Positions 51,833 through 64,000 of a DNA stretch of 64,000 nt are shown in pieces (positions within the stretch are counted from its first letter, which is position 1; each line of letters begins with the position of its first letter). The stretch comes from the human T2T-CHM13v2.0 reference genome, Homo sapiens. The stretch lies in assembly GCA_009914755.4 (NCBI GenBank), contig CP086569.2, positions 22,912,001-22,976,000 on the forward strand, written 5' to 3'. The notes below the pieces were generated by a model. It was given only the letters and a program-made list of their open reading frames with translations. It was not told the origin of the DNA and ran no database searches. A program made the position numbers and the translations under genes.

Positions 51833-54259
51833 CTGTCAGCCTGCTTAAGCAGAGGAAATTGGTACAGGCAGAGCTGGCCTGGCATGGCCAAAAATACTAC
51901 CTGTGATAACCCACTGCCAGATCGAAAAAGTCTAGACCATAGGGCCATTTTGGCAGTCTCTGAGGTCAGGTTCCACTGAAGGAGGAGTCGCTTTGAGACT
52001 GAACTGGCCTTTGTAATCTGCATCTCTGCCTTCATTCCCCAGAGAGGCTGTGTGCAAGATTCCATTCCCATGGGGATTGGAATGCCCTTTGGTGAGTTTT
52101 TGATGGGTCCTTTGGTGATGGAATCATTGCTGAGACCCAAGAGGCAGGTGTGAGCAAAAGATGGCTGGCCCCTTGACCTCACTGTCTCCCATCATCCTGG
52201 ACCTATCAGGGACTCTCCGGGAGAGGCAGAAACCACGACAAAAGCAAGTCCAAGATAAAGTATTGTTCCCACACCTCAAACTGGCCTCTCATGGGTGCAG
52301 ATGAGGTTGTGACAGTGTATCAGAGGCATCTGTGGTGATAGCAAGCCAGAAAAGGCTATCCAGTAGTGCTGATGAGGTGCAAAGTGGACCCCCCATAAAA
52401 GCAAAGAAGAATCTAGGTTCATCTGGGAGAACAAGCTGACTTGTGTGGGAGTTCAAGCAATGTTCAAAGATTTTTGTCAGAGGACCCAAAAGCCTCCTGA
52501 AAAGTGTGAACAACATCAGCCTCCACAAGGAGACTGATGACACAAAACCTGGGGCATAGCCAGTCTACACAAAGTTCTTTATGCTTCCTGAAATTCCTGG
52601 TAGCCAAAAGATCTGTAGTGAGAGGCAGTCCAATCCGGCAAGATCCAATGAAAGATCCACTCCACAGCGAAGAAGGACGTGCAGATGAAGTGAAACAAAG
52701 CCAAGATTACCAGGCAAATGCAGAACGACTGCCTGCATATCCTCCTACAGGAATCATGCAGCCCTCTGATAAAAGTGGGAGAACAAGAATTTCCATGTTG
52801 GTGGCTGTAAGAGGAATTTAAGTTTTTACAAGTATCACAGCTGCCCAGTCATTAAAACTTGACAGTTTAGAAAGAAACACTCACGCAGTGGATTTCCATG
52901 AGGGTCTTCCTCTGTGAACTCAGAAAGTTTTAGTTTGGAAGACGTGGATTCAGACCCAGAAAACCCTAGGCTGAAGAGCAACATGAAAGGCAGAAAAAGA
53001 AGAGGTAAGTATATAGGCCACATCCTATCCAGCATCAATCCAATACACTCTCCTTTGGCTCCGGATATAAAAGCCCACATAGTGGGAGTTTACAAGGATG
53101 GCCCCAGTTTGCTCTTGAAATGTTCCCTGCTCGTTGGAGTACTGCCAACTGAACAACTAGCTATGGAGTTGGAAGCACCTTCTGGGTCATCTGTCTTCAT
53201 TTACTTATCTATTTATTTTTTTGCAGAGATATTGTGGGACCCCATGAACCACTCACCAGATTGTATCCTCAACCCTACCTGAACTTATTGCTGCTCACCC
53301 TCTATGTTCCAGGATGAAATCTCAAGGCGATGTTGGAGTGCCCACTCACGACATGAAACACGTGCTCAGCTGTGACCCATATACGAGGTAAAGTCAAGCG
53401 GCTTTGCAGACAGTACTGCTATATTTTCTCCCTGGGTTCACCACAGGACAACAAAACACTGGAAGATGTCTTATTTTTGCTGTGGTGTGTTCCTCTTCTT
53501 TCTAGAAGAGTGGCATTTTTTTGCAGGGGGAGGTAACTTGAATGCCCATGTGTTTCAACTTGCTTCCCAATTCACTGCAGATTCATGATCCACAGAAAAA
53601 TAAAGAACATGGAGCCCCACAGCCCAAGCAGAGCCACACTGACCACCCAACAGAATGTTGGGATACTCAAAAAAAGAAGCGCTGAAGTGCATTAGCCACA
53701 TTATTTTAAGCATACTCCACTTACAGGCACATACACACACACACAATGCCACACACACACACAAACAACACTCACAACACTCCCACAGATAAACACACAC
53801 TGGCAGCTCCTGAGGCTGCATGGTTCTGTGGGAATCCCCATCTTGGAGACAGCAACCCAAAAAAACATTTGGGCTGTACCTAGAAATCACTATGAGGCAA
53901 GTTTCAAAAAGACTCACCCCTACAACATCTAGGCTGTCCTGAGGAATCCTGAAGATCTTTTGCATCCTTAGGGATATTATGGTTTATTCCTGGGGCTGTG
54001 CTTGATGTCTCTTCAAGCTGGCTCACGTCTGCCCCCTCCTAGGAATGTGGGTTATGTCATGGATTCCACAGAGAAGACAGGTGAGAGATCAAAACCAACA
54101 CACTTTCATGGAAATCTTCTCCACCAAGTAGCAGGGACTTGTTGCTAGGCAACGGTGGCATGCACTGTGATGCTAGCCAGAACTCAAAAATCAGGCCTGG
54201 TGCCCTAAGACTAGCACATGCACATTCGTGAGGGAGGCTCGGGTGCAGTGCTGTCAGAG
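51833..54259. repeat. Macrosatellite unit 16 (2427 bp); head subtype shared with unit 1
   Basis: Shares with unit 1 the variant blocks ...ttggtgagtttttga...gatggaatcat..ctgagacccaagag... and gaagtgaaaca.agccaagatta... . Other units read ...gtctggtg.gttgttgagggttctttgggtgat.gaatcatacctgagaccccagag... and gaaatgaaacagaggctagattaccagg. Confidence 0.8.
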
Positions 54260-55568
54260 CTGTCACCCTACCTAAGCAGAGGAAAATGGTAAAGGCAGAG
54301 CCGTGCTGGTGTAAAAAAAAAAACGCTGCCTGCAAACACTCACTTCAGGACCCTAAAACTGTCAAACTGGTGAACACTCCAGGCTGTCTCGGTGGTCGGG
54401 TCCTGCTGGAGGCAGAAGCATTTTGTTACTGTGAGGTGGTCACAGGAAACTGCTCTTCTGACTCCATTCAAGAAAGATCTATATGCAAGAATCCGTTCCA
54501 GCAGGGATTGGAATATAGTCTGCTGTGTTGTTGACAGCTCTTTCAGTGATAGAATAATACCTGAGACCCCAGAGGTGGGTGTCAGTGAAAGATGGCCAGG
54601 CTCTTGATCTCAATTCCTCCCTTCATCCTGAGCCTCGCAGGGCTCTCTGGGAAAAGCCAGAACCAAGACAAAGGCAAATCAAAGTTGGAGTAATGTTCTC
54701 ACACTATGGCCTGGCCTCTCACAAGTGCAAATGAGTTGAGACAGTGTCTCAGAGTCCAGCTGTGGTGATGGCAAGCCTTGAAAGGGTGTCCAGTATTGCT
54801 GTTGATGGGCACTGTGGATTCCCCATGAAAGCAAACAAAAATCAAGGCTCACTACAGAACAAACTGTCTTGTGCTGGAGCCCAAGCAATGTTCAATGATT
54901 CCTGTCACAGGGCGCAAAACCATCCTGCAAAGTGCATACATCCTCAGCCCCCGCAAAGAGGCAACAGCCCAAAACCTGGAGAGCAGCCAGAATACCTGTC
55001 ATTTTTTATGATCTCTGAAATCCCTGGCCACTAAATAATCTGTGGTGAAAGGCAGTCCAATCCAGCAACATCCCAATGAAAGAGCCCCTCCACAATGAGA
55101 AGGCCATGCAGATGACATTAAACAGAGGCTAGATTACCAGGAAAAGCAAGACACTGTTGCCTGTATCTCATCCTGCAGGAATCATGCAGGCCTCTGATAG
55201 AAGTGAGAGGACAAGAGTTTTCTTGTTGGTGTCTGTGACAGGAATTTATGGTTTTAAACCTATCAAAATGTCCCACTCATTAAATTGTGACAGTGTTTAG
55301 AAGAAAACACTAAACAATGGATTCCCATGATGATCATTCTCCACAAACTGGGAAACCTTTAGTATTTGTGCTCCTTTTCTGTCTAGAAGAGTGGCATTTT
55401 TTTTTTTTTTTTGCAGGCGGATGTTATTTGGATGCCAGCACATGTTGGCATGCCTCCCAGTCCACTGCAGGCTCATGATTCACAGAAAAATAAAGAACAC
55501 AGAGCGATGCAGCCCAAGGTAAGCCACATAGACAGGCCATCAACGGGTTGGGAGACAAGAAAGAAGGA

Positions 55569-55644
<76 letters not shown>

Positions 55645-56384
55645 AAAAGAAAGAGAGACAGAGAGAGAGAGAGAGGGAGGGAGGGAGGGAGGGAGGGAGG
55701 GAGGGAGGAAGGAAGGAAGGAAGGAAGGAAGGAAGGAAAGAAGGAAGGAAAGAAGTAAGGGAGAGAGAGAGATGCTGTAGTGTGTTAGCCACATTGTTAT
55801 AAGCAGACTGCACTTACAGTCACACACACAGAAACACACACACACACCCAATGCCACACAGACACACAGACATCAAACACACAGATATTCAACACTCACA
55901 ACACTCCCACAGAAACACACAGTCCAGGAGCTCCTGAGGCTGTGTGGTTCTACAAGAAGCCCCACCTGGAGAGAGCCACCCTGGTGAACACAGGGGGCCT
56001 GTACTTAAAAATCACAGTGGGGCAAGTTTCAAGAGGACTCACCCCTACAATGTCTAGGCAGGCTGGAGGAATCCTGTAGATCCTTTTGGATCCTTAGGGA
56101 TTTTGTGGTTTATTCCTGGAGCTGTATTTGATGTTTCTTCAGGCTGGCTCACATATGCCCTCTCCTAAGATCATGGGACTATCTATGGATCCCACAGAGA
56201 AGACAGTTGAGAGTTCACCACTGACACACCTCCACAGAATTCTCCTTTGCCGAGACAAAGGGACTTATTGCTAGATAATGGTGACATTTATACTGAGGCA
56301 AGCCAGAGTTCACAATGAGGCCTAGTGCCCTGAGGCTAGTGCATGCACATTCATGAGGCAAGCTGGGGAGCATGGCTGTCAGAG
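54260..56384. repeat. Macrosatellite unit 17 (2125 bp): about 640 bp deletion plus about 215 bp GAAA/GGAA compound microsatellite
   Basis: Jump from ...caatggattcccatgatgatcattctccacaaactgggaaacctttagta directly to tttgtgctccttttctgtctagaagagtggc (about 55360). The microsatellite at 55557-55772 occupies the position of the usual short poly-A. Confidence 0.85.
55557..55772. repeat. Compound microsatellite (GAAA)n-(GA)n-(GGGA)n-(GGAA)n
   Basis: aagaaggaaagaaagaaagaaag...(about 20x gaaa)...agagagacagagagagagagagggagggagggagggagggagggagggaggaaggaaggaaggaaggaaggaaggaaggaaagaaggaaggaaagaag read directly. Confidence 0.95.
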
Positions 56385-58855
56385 CTATCAGCCTGCCTAA
56401 GTAGACAATAATGCTACAGGCAGAGTTGGCCTGGTATCAGGAAAAAGGCTGCCTGTGAAAAAGGCTGCCTGTGAAAAAGACTGCAAGGTCCTAAAACTCC
56501 CAACCTCAGGGACCCTCCAGGCCATCGTGGTGGTCGACTTCCACTGGAGGAGGAGGCATTTTGTGACTGTGAGATAGTTTCTAGAAACTGCTCTTCAGAT
56601 TTCATTCTGGAAAAAGGCTGTGTGCAAGAATTGAGTACCATGGGGATTAAAATATAGACTGGTGTGTTGTTGAGGGTTCTTTGTGTGATAGAATCATACC
56701 TGAGACCCCAGAAGTGGATATCATGAAAAGATGGCCAGACTCTTGACCTCACTGCCTTCCTTCAACTTTGACCTCACAGGGGCTCTCTAGGAAAGGCAGA
56801 AACTACAACAAAGGCAAGTCAGAGTTGGATCACTGTTCTCCCACCTTGTACTGCCCTCTCTTGGGTGCAGATGAGGTTGAAACAGTGTCTCAGAGGCCGT
56901 TTGTTGGGATGGCCAGCCTGAAAATGGTGTCCAGTAGTGCTGTTAAGGGGCAATGTGGATTCCCCATGAAAACGAAGAAAACCCAAGGCTTGCCTGAGAG
57001 AATGAGCTACCTTGTGCTGGAGTCTATGCAATGTTCAGTGAGTCCTGTCAAAGAACCCAAAAGCATCCTGCATAGTGCAAACATTCTGAGCCCCCACAAC
57101 CAATGACATGGAATGCAGCCAGACTACTTGATGACCCTTTTGCTCTCTGAAATCCCTGGCAGCTAAATAATCTGTAGCTAGAGGCAGTCCCATCCAGCAA
57201 CAGCCCAATGAAAAAGACCCTTCACAGTGAGAATGCCATGCAGATGAAATGAAATAGAGGCTAGATTACCAGGAAAAATTGACACATCTGTGTGCTTTTC
57301 ATCCTGCAAGAATCATGCAGCCCCCTGGTAGATATGGGAGAACAAAAGTTTTCTTGTTGGTGGCAGTAATGGGAATTTACAGTTTTAACAATGTCAAAGC
57401 TTCCCAGTCATTAAAACCTGACAGTGGTTAGAAGAAAACACCCATGCAATGGATTCTCATGAGGATCTTTCTCCGTGAAATGGAAAACATTTGTTGTAGA
57501 AGTCACTGAGCCAGACCCAGAAAACCCTAATCCAATGAAGAACACGGATGTCAATATAGGAAGAGGCAAGTGTAAAGGCCACATCACAGCCAGCATCAAT
57601 CCATTCCACTCCCATTTGTCTCTGAATATGAAAACTCTCAAATCGTGAGTTTGCTTGGATTGCTCCAATTTCTACTCCAAATGTTCCTTGCATGTTGGAG
57701 TACTCCCACCTGAACACCGGGTCATGGTGTGGACTGCTTTTGTAATTAAAGGAATGCAGGGATGGAGTTGGAAGCACCTTCTGTGTCATCTGTCTTCATT
57801 TTTTTTTCAGGTGAAGTTGTGGGACCCCACCCATCCCTCACCAGATTGTATCCTCACCCCTATCTGACCATACTGCTCCTCACACTCTATTTCACAGGAT
57901 GAAATCCCAAGTCAATGTAAGAGTGCCCCTCATGACAGGAAGCATCTGCTCAGCTGGGAACTGAATTCAAGGTAAATTTAAGGGGCCTTGTTTACAGGAC
58001 TGCTAGTGTCTCTCCCTGAGGTGGTTGCAGGACTATAAAATACTGGGATATGTCTGTTTTTTTGTGTGTGTATGGTGTGCTCCTCTTCTGTCTAGAAGAG
58101 TGGCTTTTTTGCAGGGGGTGGTGACTTGGAGGTTGGTGCATTTTGGCGTGCCTCCCAGTTCACTGATGGGTCATGATCCACATGAAAATAAACAACATGG
58201 AGCTCTGCAGCCCATGTAAACCACACAGACCAAAAATAGGTCATGAGACTCAAAAAAAAAAAAAAAAAAAAAAGGCTGAAGTGCATTAGCACATTCCTTT
58301 AAGCAGACTCCACTTACAGGCACACACAGACAATGTCACACTCACATGCAGACATCCAACACTCACAACATTTCCAAGAAATGCACAGTTTGGCAGCTCC
58401 TGAGGCTGCATGATTCTGCAGGAAGCTTCACCTGAGACACAGCAACCCTGGCGAAAACAGGCAGATTTTACCTAGAAATCACAGTGCAGCAAGTTTCAAA
58501 ATGACTCACCCCTACAACGTCTAGGCAGGGCTGAGGAGTCCTGCAGATCTTTTTGGATCATTAGAAATTTTGCGGTTTATTCCCAGAACTGTACTTGATG
58601 TATCTTCAAAATGCCTTATGTCTGCCCTATCCTAAGATCATGGGACTATTGCATTGATCCCACAGAGAAGAAAGGCAAGAGTCCACCACCGATGCACGTC
58701 CATGGAGGTCTCCTTTTCTGCCAAGATACAGGGTCATGTCGCTTTGCAATGGTGATGTTCATTGTGAAGCTAGCCAGAACTCACAGTCAGGACTGGTGCC
58801 TTGAGACTAGCCAATGTGCATTCACTGGGCAGGTTCGAGTGTGCAGCTGTTAGAG
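56385..58855. repeat. Macrosatellite unit 18 (2471 bp)
   Basis: Anchor spacing; about 24-nt poly-A at about 58250-58274. Confidence 0.85.
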
Positions 58856-60703
58856 CTGTTACCCTGCCTAGGCTCAGGGTAATGGTACAAAAAGAACTGG
58901 CCCGGTATCTCAAAAAATGCTGCCTGAGAAAACCCACAGTGGGACCCTAAAAGTCTCAAACTCAGTGCCTATCCAGGCACTCTCCTCTTGCTGGAGGAAG
59001 AGGCCATTCAAGACTGTGAGGTGGCTCTGGAAACTGGTCTTCTGACTCAATTTCTGAAAGACGGTGTGTGCAAGAATCAGGTCCCATAGGGATTGTAATA
59101 TAGTCTGGAGTGTTTTTGAGGGTACTTTAGATGATAGAATCATACCTGAGACCCTAGAGGTAAGTGTCAGTGAAAGATGGCTGGGCTCTTGATCTCACTG
59201 CCTCCCTCATCCTGGGTTTTGAAGGACCTCTCTAGGAAAGGCAGGAACCAATAAAAAGGCAATTCCAAGGTGAAGCAGTGTTCTCACACCTCATACTGTC
59301 CTCTCTTGGTGCAGATGAGGTTGAGACTGTGTCTCAGAGACCCTCTGTGGAGACGCAAGTGTGAAATGGGTGTTTCAGTGCTGTTGACAAGGAAGAGTGG
59401 ATGCCCCATGAAAGCCTTGAAAAATCAAGGCTCACTTGAGAGAATGAGCTGCTTTATGCTGGAACCCAAGCAATGTTCACTGAATCCTGTCAGAGGATCC
59501 ACAGGCCTCCTGCAAAGTGCAAACATCCTTAACCCCCACAAAGAGACAATGACCAAGTATCTATAATGCAGCCAGCCTACCCAAAGTCCATTTGGCCCTC
59601 TGAAATCCCTAGCATCTAAATAACCTGTGGTGAGAGTCAGTCCCATCCAGCAGCAGCCCAATGATAGAGCCCTTCCAGAATGAGAAGGCCATGAAGATGA
59701 AAGAAATAAGAGGCTAGATTAATAGGCAAAAGCCAGGCATGGCTTCCAGCTTCTCATCCTACAGGAATCATGCAGCTGTGCAATGGAAGTGAGAGAACTA
59801 AAATTTCTTTTTGGAGGCTGTAACAGGAATTTATGCTTTTAACAGTATCAATGAGATCCATTCATTAAAATGTGACAGAGTTTAGAAGGAAACACTCACA
59901 CAATGGATTCCCATGAGGGCAGATTTTCATGAACTGGGAAATGTTTAGTGTGGAATTCATTGAGCCAAACTCAGGAAACCCTAGACCGATGAGAAAAATG
60001 GAAGTCAGAAACAAAGAGGAAAGTGTGGAGGCCACATCCCACACAGCGTCATTCCGTTGCACTCCCGTTTGACTCTGGGTATGAAAGCCATCAAATCAGG
60101 AGTTAGCCAGGATGGACCCAATTTGCACACCAAATGTTTTTGGCGTGTTGGAGTACTCCCACCTCAACATCGGGCCATTGTATGGACTGCTTGTGCAATT
60201 AAAGGAATGTGCGAATGGTGTTGGAAGCACCTTCTGTGTCATCTGTCTTTCTCAGTGTTGCAGGTGAAGTTGTAGGACCCAATCCATCTCTCACCAGATT
60301 GTATCCTCACCCCATCTGACTGTATTGCTTCTTACACTGTATGTCCCAGGATGAAATCCTAAGATGATGGAGGAGGGTCCCCTCATGATGTAAAGTACCT
60401 GCTCAGATAGGAATCTAATTTGAGGTAAATTCCAGGGGTCCAGTGGACAGGATTGCTAGTGTCTCTCTCTGAGATGGCTGCAGGACAATAAAATACAGGA
60501 AGATGTCTGTTTTTTGGTGGGGTGTGTTCCTCTTCTTTCTAGAAGAGTGGCTTTTCTTTTGCAGGGGGAGTTGATTTGGATGCCGGCAGGTCTTGGCATG
60601 CCTCCCAATTCACAGTGGATTCATGATCCACAGAAAAATCAAGAACATGAGGTCCCGCAGCCCAAGCAAAGCCATATAGGGTGCCCACAAAAGGGTTACA
60701 GTC

Positions 60704-60734
<31 letters not shown>

Positions 60735-61338
60735 GCACTGACGTGTGTTAGCCACATTCTTTTAAGCATTTAAGCAGACTCCACTAACGGGCACACACAA
60801 ATACAAAACACACACAGTGCCACACACGAACACAGACATCCAACAGTCACAACAATCCCACAGAAAGAAATATCCTGGCAGCACCTGAAGCTGTGTGATT
60901 CTGCAGGATGTCCCACCTGGGAGAGAGCAACCCCAGTGAACACAGGCGGGATGTACCTAGATATCATAGTGGGGCAAGTTTCAAGAAGATTCACCCCTAC
61001 AATGTCTAGCAGGCCTGAGGAATTCTGCAGATCCTTTTGGATCTTAGGGATTTTGTGGTTTATTCCTGGGGCTGAGCTTGACATTTCTTCAGGCTGGCTG
61101 AAGTCTGCCCTCTCCTAGGATCATGGGACTATGCCATGTATCTCACAGAGAAGAGAGGTGAGAGTTCAACACTGATGCACCTCCACAAAGGTCTCTTTCT
61201 CTGCCAAGCCACAGGGACTTCTCACTATGCAGCAGCCACAGTCATTGTGATGCTAGCAAGGTCTCACAATCAGTCCTGGTGCCCTGAGACTAGTGTATGT
61301 GCATTCGTGAAGCAGGCTCAGGTGCCTATTTGTCACAG
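58856..61338. repeat. Macrosatellite unit 19 (2483 bp)
   Basis: Anchor spacing; about 27-nt poly-A at about 60706-60732. Confidence 0.85.
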
Positions 61339-63800
61339 CAGTCAGTCTGCTTAAGGAGAGAAAAATAATACAGGCAGAGCCAGCCTGGTATCGGAAAAAA
61401 TATGACTGCAAAAACCCACTGCGGGACCCTAAAAGTCTCTACATCAGAGCCCCTTCAGGCTGTCTCTGTGGTCAGTTTTTCATCGGAGGAGGAGGCATTT
61501 TGAGACTGGGAGATAGTCGCTGCAAACTGCTTCTCTGACTGCATTCCCAAATAAGAATGTGTGTGTGCAAGAATCAGGTCACATGGGGATTGCAGTATAG
61601 TCTGGTGTGTTGTCAAGGATTATTTTGCTGACACAACCCCAGAGGCTTGTGTCAGCAAAAGATGGCTGAGATCTTGATCTCACTGCCTCCCTTCATCTTG
61701 GGCCTAACAGGGGCTCTCTGGGAAAGGCAGTTACAATGACAAAGGCAACTACAAGGTGAAGCAGTGTTCTCACACCTCAGACTGGCCTCCAACGGGCACA
61801 GACGAGGTTGAGACAGTGTCTCTGAGGCCATCTGTGGTGATGGCAAACCTAAAAAAGGTGAATATTAGTGCCGTTGAGATTCACTGTGAATTACCCATGA
61901 AAGCAAAGAAAAATCAAGACATGTCTGACAGAATGCGATGCTTTGTGCTGGAGTCCAAGCAATGTTCAGTGATTCTTATCAGAGGACCTAAAAGCCCCCT
62001 GCAAAGTGCAAACAACCTTAGCCCCCCAATAAGGCAACGACCCATAACCTGGATGGCAGGAGCCTGCCCGAAGTCCCTTTTGCCCTCTAAAATCTCTGGC
62101 AGCTAAATAATCTGTGGCAAAAGGCAGTCACATCCAGCAACAGCCCAGTGAAAGTGCCCCTCCACAATGAAAAGGCCATCCAGATGAAATGAAACAGAGG
62201 CTAGATTACCAGGCAAAGGCCAGACAAGGCTGTTCATCCTACAGGTATTATGCAGCCATTTGAAAGAAGTGGGAGAAAAAGAGTTTATTTTGGCAGCAGT
62301 AATGGGAATTTTCAGTTTTAAAATATCAAAGCTACCCAGTCATTAAAAGGTGACAGTGTTTAGAAGGAAACACTCTGTGAACTGGGAAAGCTTTAGTGTG
62401 GAAGTGGTTGAGCCAGACACAGGAAACTCTAGGCAGGTGAGGAATATAGAAGTCAGAAGAAGAAGAGGAAAATGTGGAGGCCACATCCCACCCAGCATCA
62501 ATCCATTCCACTCTTATTGATCTCTGAATATGAAAGCCCACAAATCGGCAGTTTGCCAGGATGGCCCCAATTTGCCCTCCAAATGTCCATTGTATGTTGC
62601 AGTATTCCCACCTTAACACCATGCCATTGTGTGGACTGCTTCTGCAATTAAGGGAATGTGTGGATGGAGTTGGAAACACTTTCTGTGTCATCTGACTTTA
62701 TTTTTATTGCAGGTGAAGTTACAGGGCCCCAACCACCTTTCACTAGATTGTATCTTCACCTGTATCTGACCTTACTGCTGCTCACACTCTATGTCCCAGG
62801 ATAAAATCCTAGCATGGTGGAGGAGTGTCCCCTCATGATGTGAAGCACCTGCTAGGCTTGGAACTGAATTCAAGGTGAGTTCAAGTGGCCCTCTGCACAG
62901 GACTGCTAGTGTCTCCCCCTGTTTAGCTGCAGGACAATGAAACACCAAAAAATGTCTGTTTGTGGGGGAGTTTTTTGTTTGTTTGTTTTTTTGATGTGGT
63001 GTGCTCATCTTCTTTCTAGAAGTGTGGGTTTTTCTGCAGGGGGAGGTGATTTGGACACCAGTGGGACTCAGCCCACCTCCCAATTCATGTCGGATTCATA
63101 ATTCACAGAAAAATAAAGAACATGAAGCTTTGCAGCCCAGGAAGAGCCACACAGACAGGCCACCAAAAGGTTGGAAGACTCAAAATAACAATAATAATAA
63201 TAACACTGAAGTATGTTAGCCACATTGCTTTAAGAAGACTCCCTTTACAGGCACACATACACACACAAACACACACAGAGAAACACACAATGCTACACAC
63301 ACACAGAGACATCCAACACTCACAACACTGTCACAAAAACACACAGCCCAGCAGCTCCTGAGGCTGCTTGGTTCTGAAGGTAACCCCACCTGGGAGAGAG
63401 CAACCCTGGGGGAACACAGGCAGGCTGTACCTAGAAATCACAATAGGGCAAGTTTCAAAAAGACTCACCTCTACAATGTCTAGACACATCTGAAAAATGT
63501 TGCAGATGTTTCTGGATCCTGAGAAATATTGTGGTTTATTCCTGGGCCTCTTCTTGATGCTACTACAGGCTGGCTTACATCTGCCCTCTCCTAGGCTCAT
63601 GGGACAATCCTGTGGATCACACATAGAAGGCAGGTGAGAATTCATGACTGATACACCTCCACGGACATCTCCTTCTTTGCCAAGATGCAGAAATTGTCAC
63701 TAGGCAATGGTGAAATTCATTGTGGCACTAGTTAGAGCTCACAGTCAGGCCTGGTGCCTCAAGACTACAGCATGCGCATTTTCAGGCCCTGCTGTTAGAG
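61339..63800. repeat. Macrosatellite unit 20 (2462 bp)
   Basis: Anchor spacing; ordered blocks present. Confidence 0.85.
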
Positions 63801-64000
63801 CTGTCAGCCTGCCTAAGCAGAGGAAAATGATACATGCAGAGCCAGAAAGTTATCCAGGAAAATGCCACCTGTGATAACCCACTCTGGGACCCTAAAAGTC
63901 TCATCCTTAGTGCCCCTTTGGCCATCTTTGATGCTGGGTCCCGCAGGATGAGAATGCATTTCTATTTTTAGACTGTGAGTTTGTCGTGAAAAACTGCTCT
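63801..64000. repeat. Macrosatellite unit 21, partial (cut by window end)
   Basis: Anchor ctgtcagcctgcctaagcagaggaaaatgatacatgcagag at 63801. Confidence 0.8.

Larger units (their letters stand above)
16595..64000. repeat. Macrosatellite tandem array, about 2.45 kb unit, 19 complete units plus partial units, continues past window end; consistent with SST1 (MER22-related) macrosatellite
   Basis: The anchor motif ctgtcag(c/t)ctgcct(a/c)agcagaggaaaatggtacaggcagag recurs at 16639, 18975 (degenerate), 20331, 22894, 25340, 28803, 29607, 32004, 35356, 37811, 40256, 42658, 45146, 47574, 49377, 51833, 54260, 56385, 58856, 61339 and 63801. The modal spacing is 2.40-2.49 kb. Many other blocks recur once per unit in the same order (ttctttctagaagagtggc..tttgcaggg; gaacatggaagtcaggaaaagaagaggcaagtgtggaggccacatcccacccagcatcaatccattccactcccatttggctc; ctcctgaggctgcatggttctgcaggaagccccacctgggagagagcaac). 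The family name SST1 is inferred from unit size and composition, not from a search. Confidence 0.95.

Noticed and set aside
16595-64000. Possibility that the regular repeats are a CRISPR array or other prokaryotic repeat system
   Set aside because: The period is about 2.45 kb with about 80-90% inter-unit identity throughout the unit and no short direct repeat/unique spacer alternation. The surrounding Alu and L1 elements place this in a primate genome.
1-64000. Prokaryotic-style gene cluster, defence island or biosynthetic operon, as the task framing suggests
   Set aside because: There are no long ORFs, no RBS-spaced co-directional genes and the longest ORF is 194 aa inside a repeat. The content is Alu, L1 and macrosatellite, which are diagnostic of a primate nuclear genome.

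Overview
This window is primate (human-like) nuclear genomic DNA, not a prokaryotic locus. It contains several Alu SINEs, ancient L1M fragments and a near-full-length but dead L1PA LINE, so operon or CDS logic does not apply, and I can support no intact protein-coding gene, tRNA, rRNA or CRISPR array. The first 16.6 kb is interspersed-repeat-rich, low-CpG flank: a minus-strand Alu at 1-178, a plus-strand Alu at 964-1290, L1M pieces at 1440-2640 and 4395-4830, an AT-rich minisatellite at 6091-6175, and a primate L1PA with 5'UTR and broken ORF1/ORF2 at 9508-15395, followed by an old Alu at 15595-15857. From about 16595 to the window end (at least 47 kb, continuing beyond 64000) the sequence is one large tandem macrosatellite array with a unit of about 2.45 kb: 19 complete units plus partial edge units. 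The unit size, mid-range GC content, an internal (CA)n tract in every unit and flanking A/T homopolymers are consistent with the human SST1 (MER22-related) macrosatellite known on 4q28/19q13. I cannot confirm that family by search. The array is structurally heterogeneous: deletion-variant units of 1.36, 0.80, 1.80 and 2.13 kb, a roughly 1 kb internal partial duplication, an AluS insertion, a roughly 0.9 kb putative solo LTR insertion, a roughly 215 bp GAAA/GGAA compound microsatellite replacing a poly-A tract, and a triplicated CA-submodule shared by non-adjacent units. The system worth a second look here is the macrosatellite and its variant architecture, not a gene cluster.
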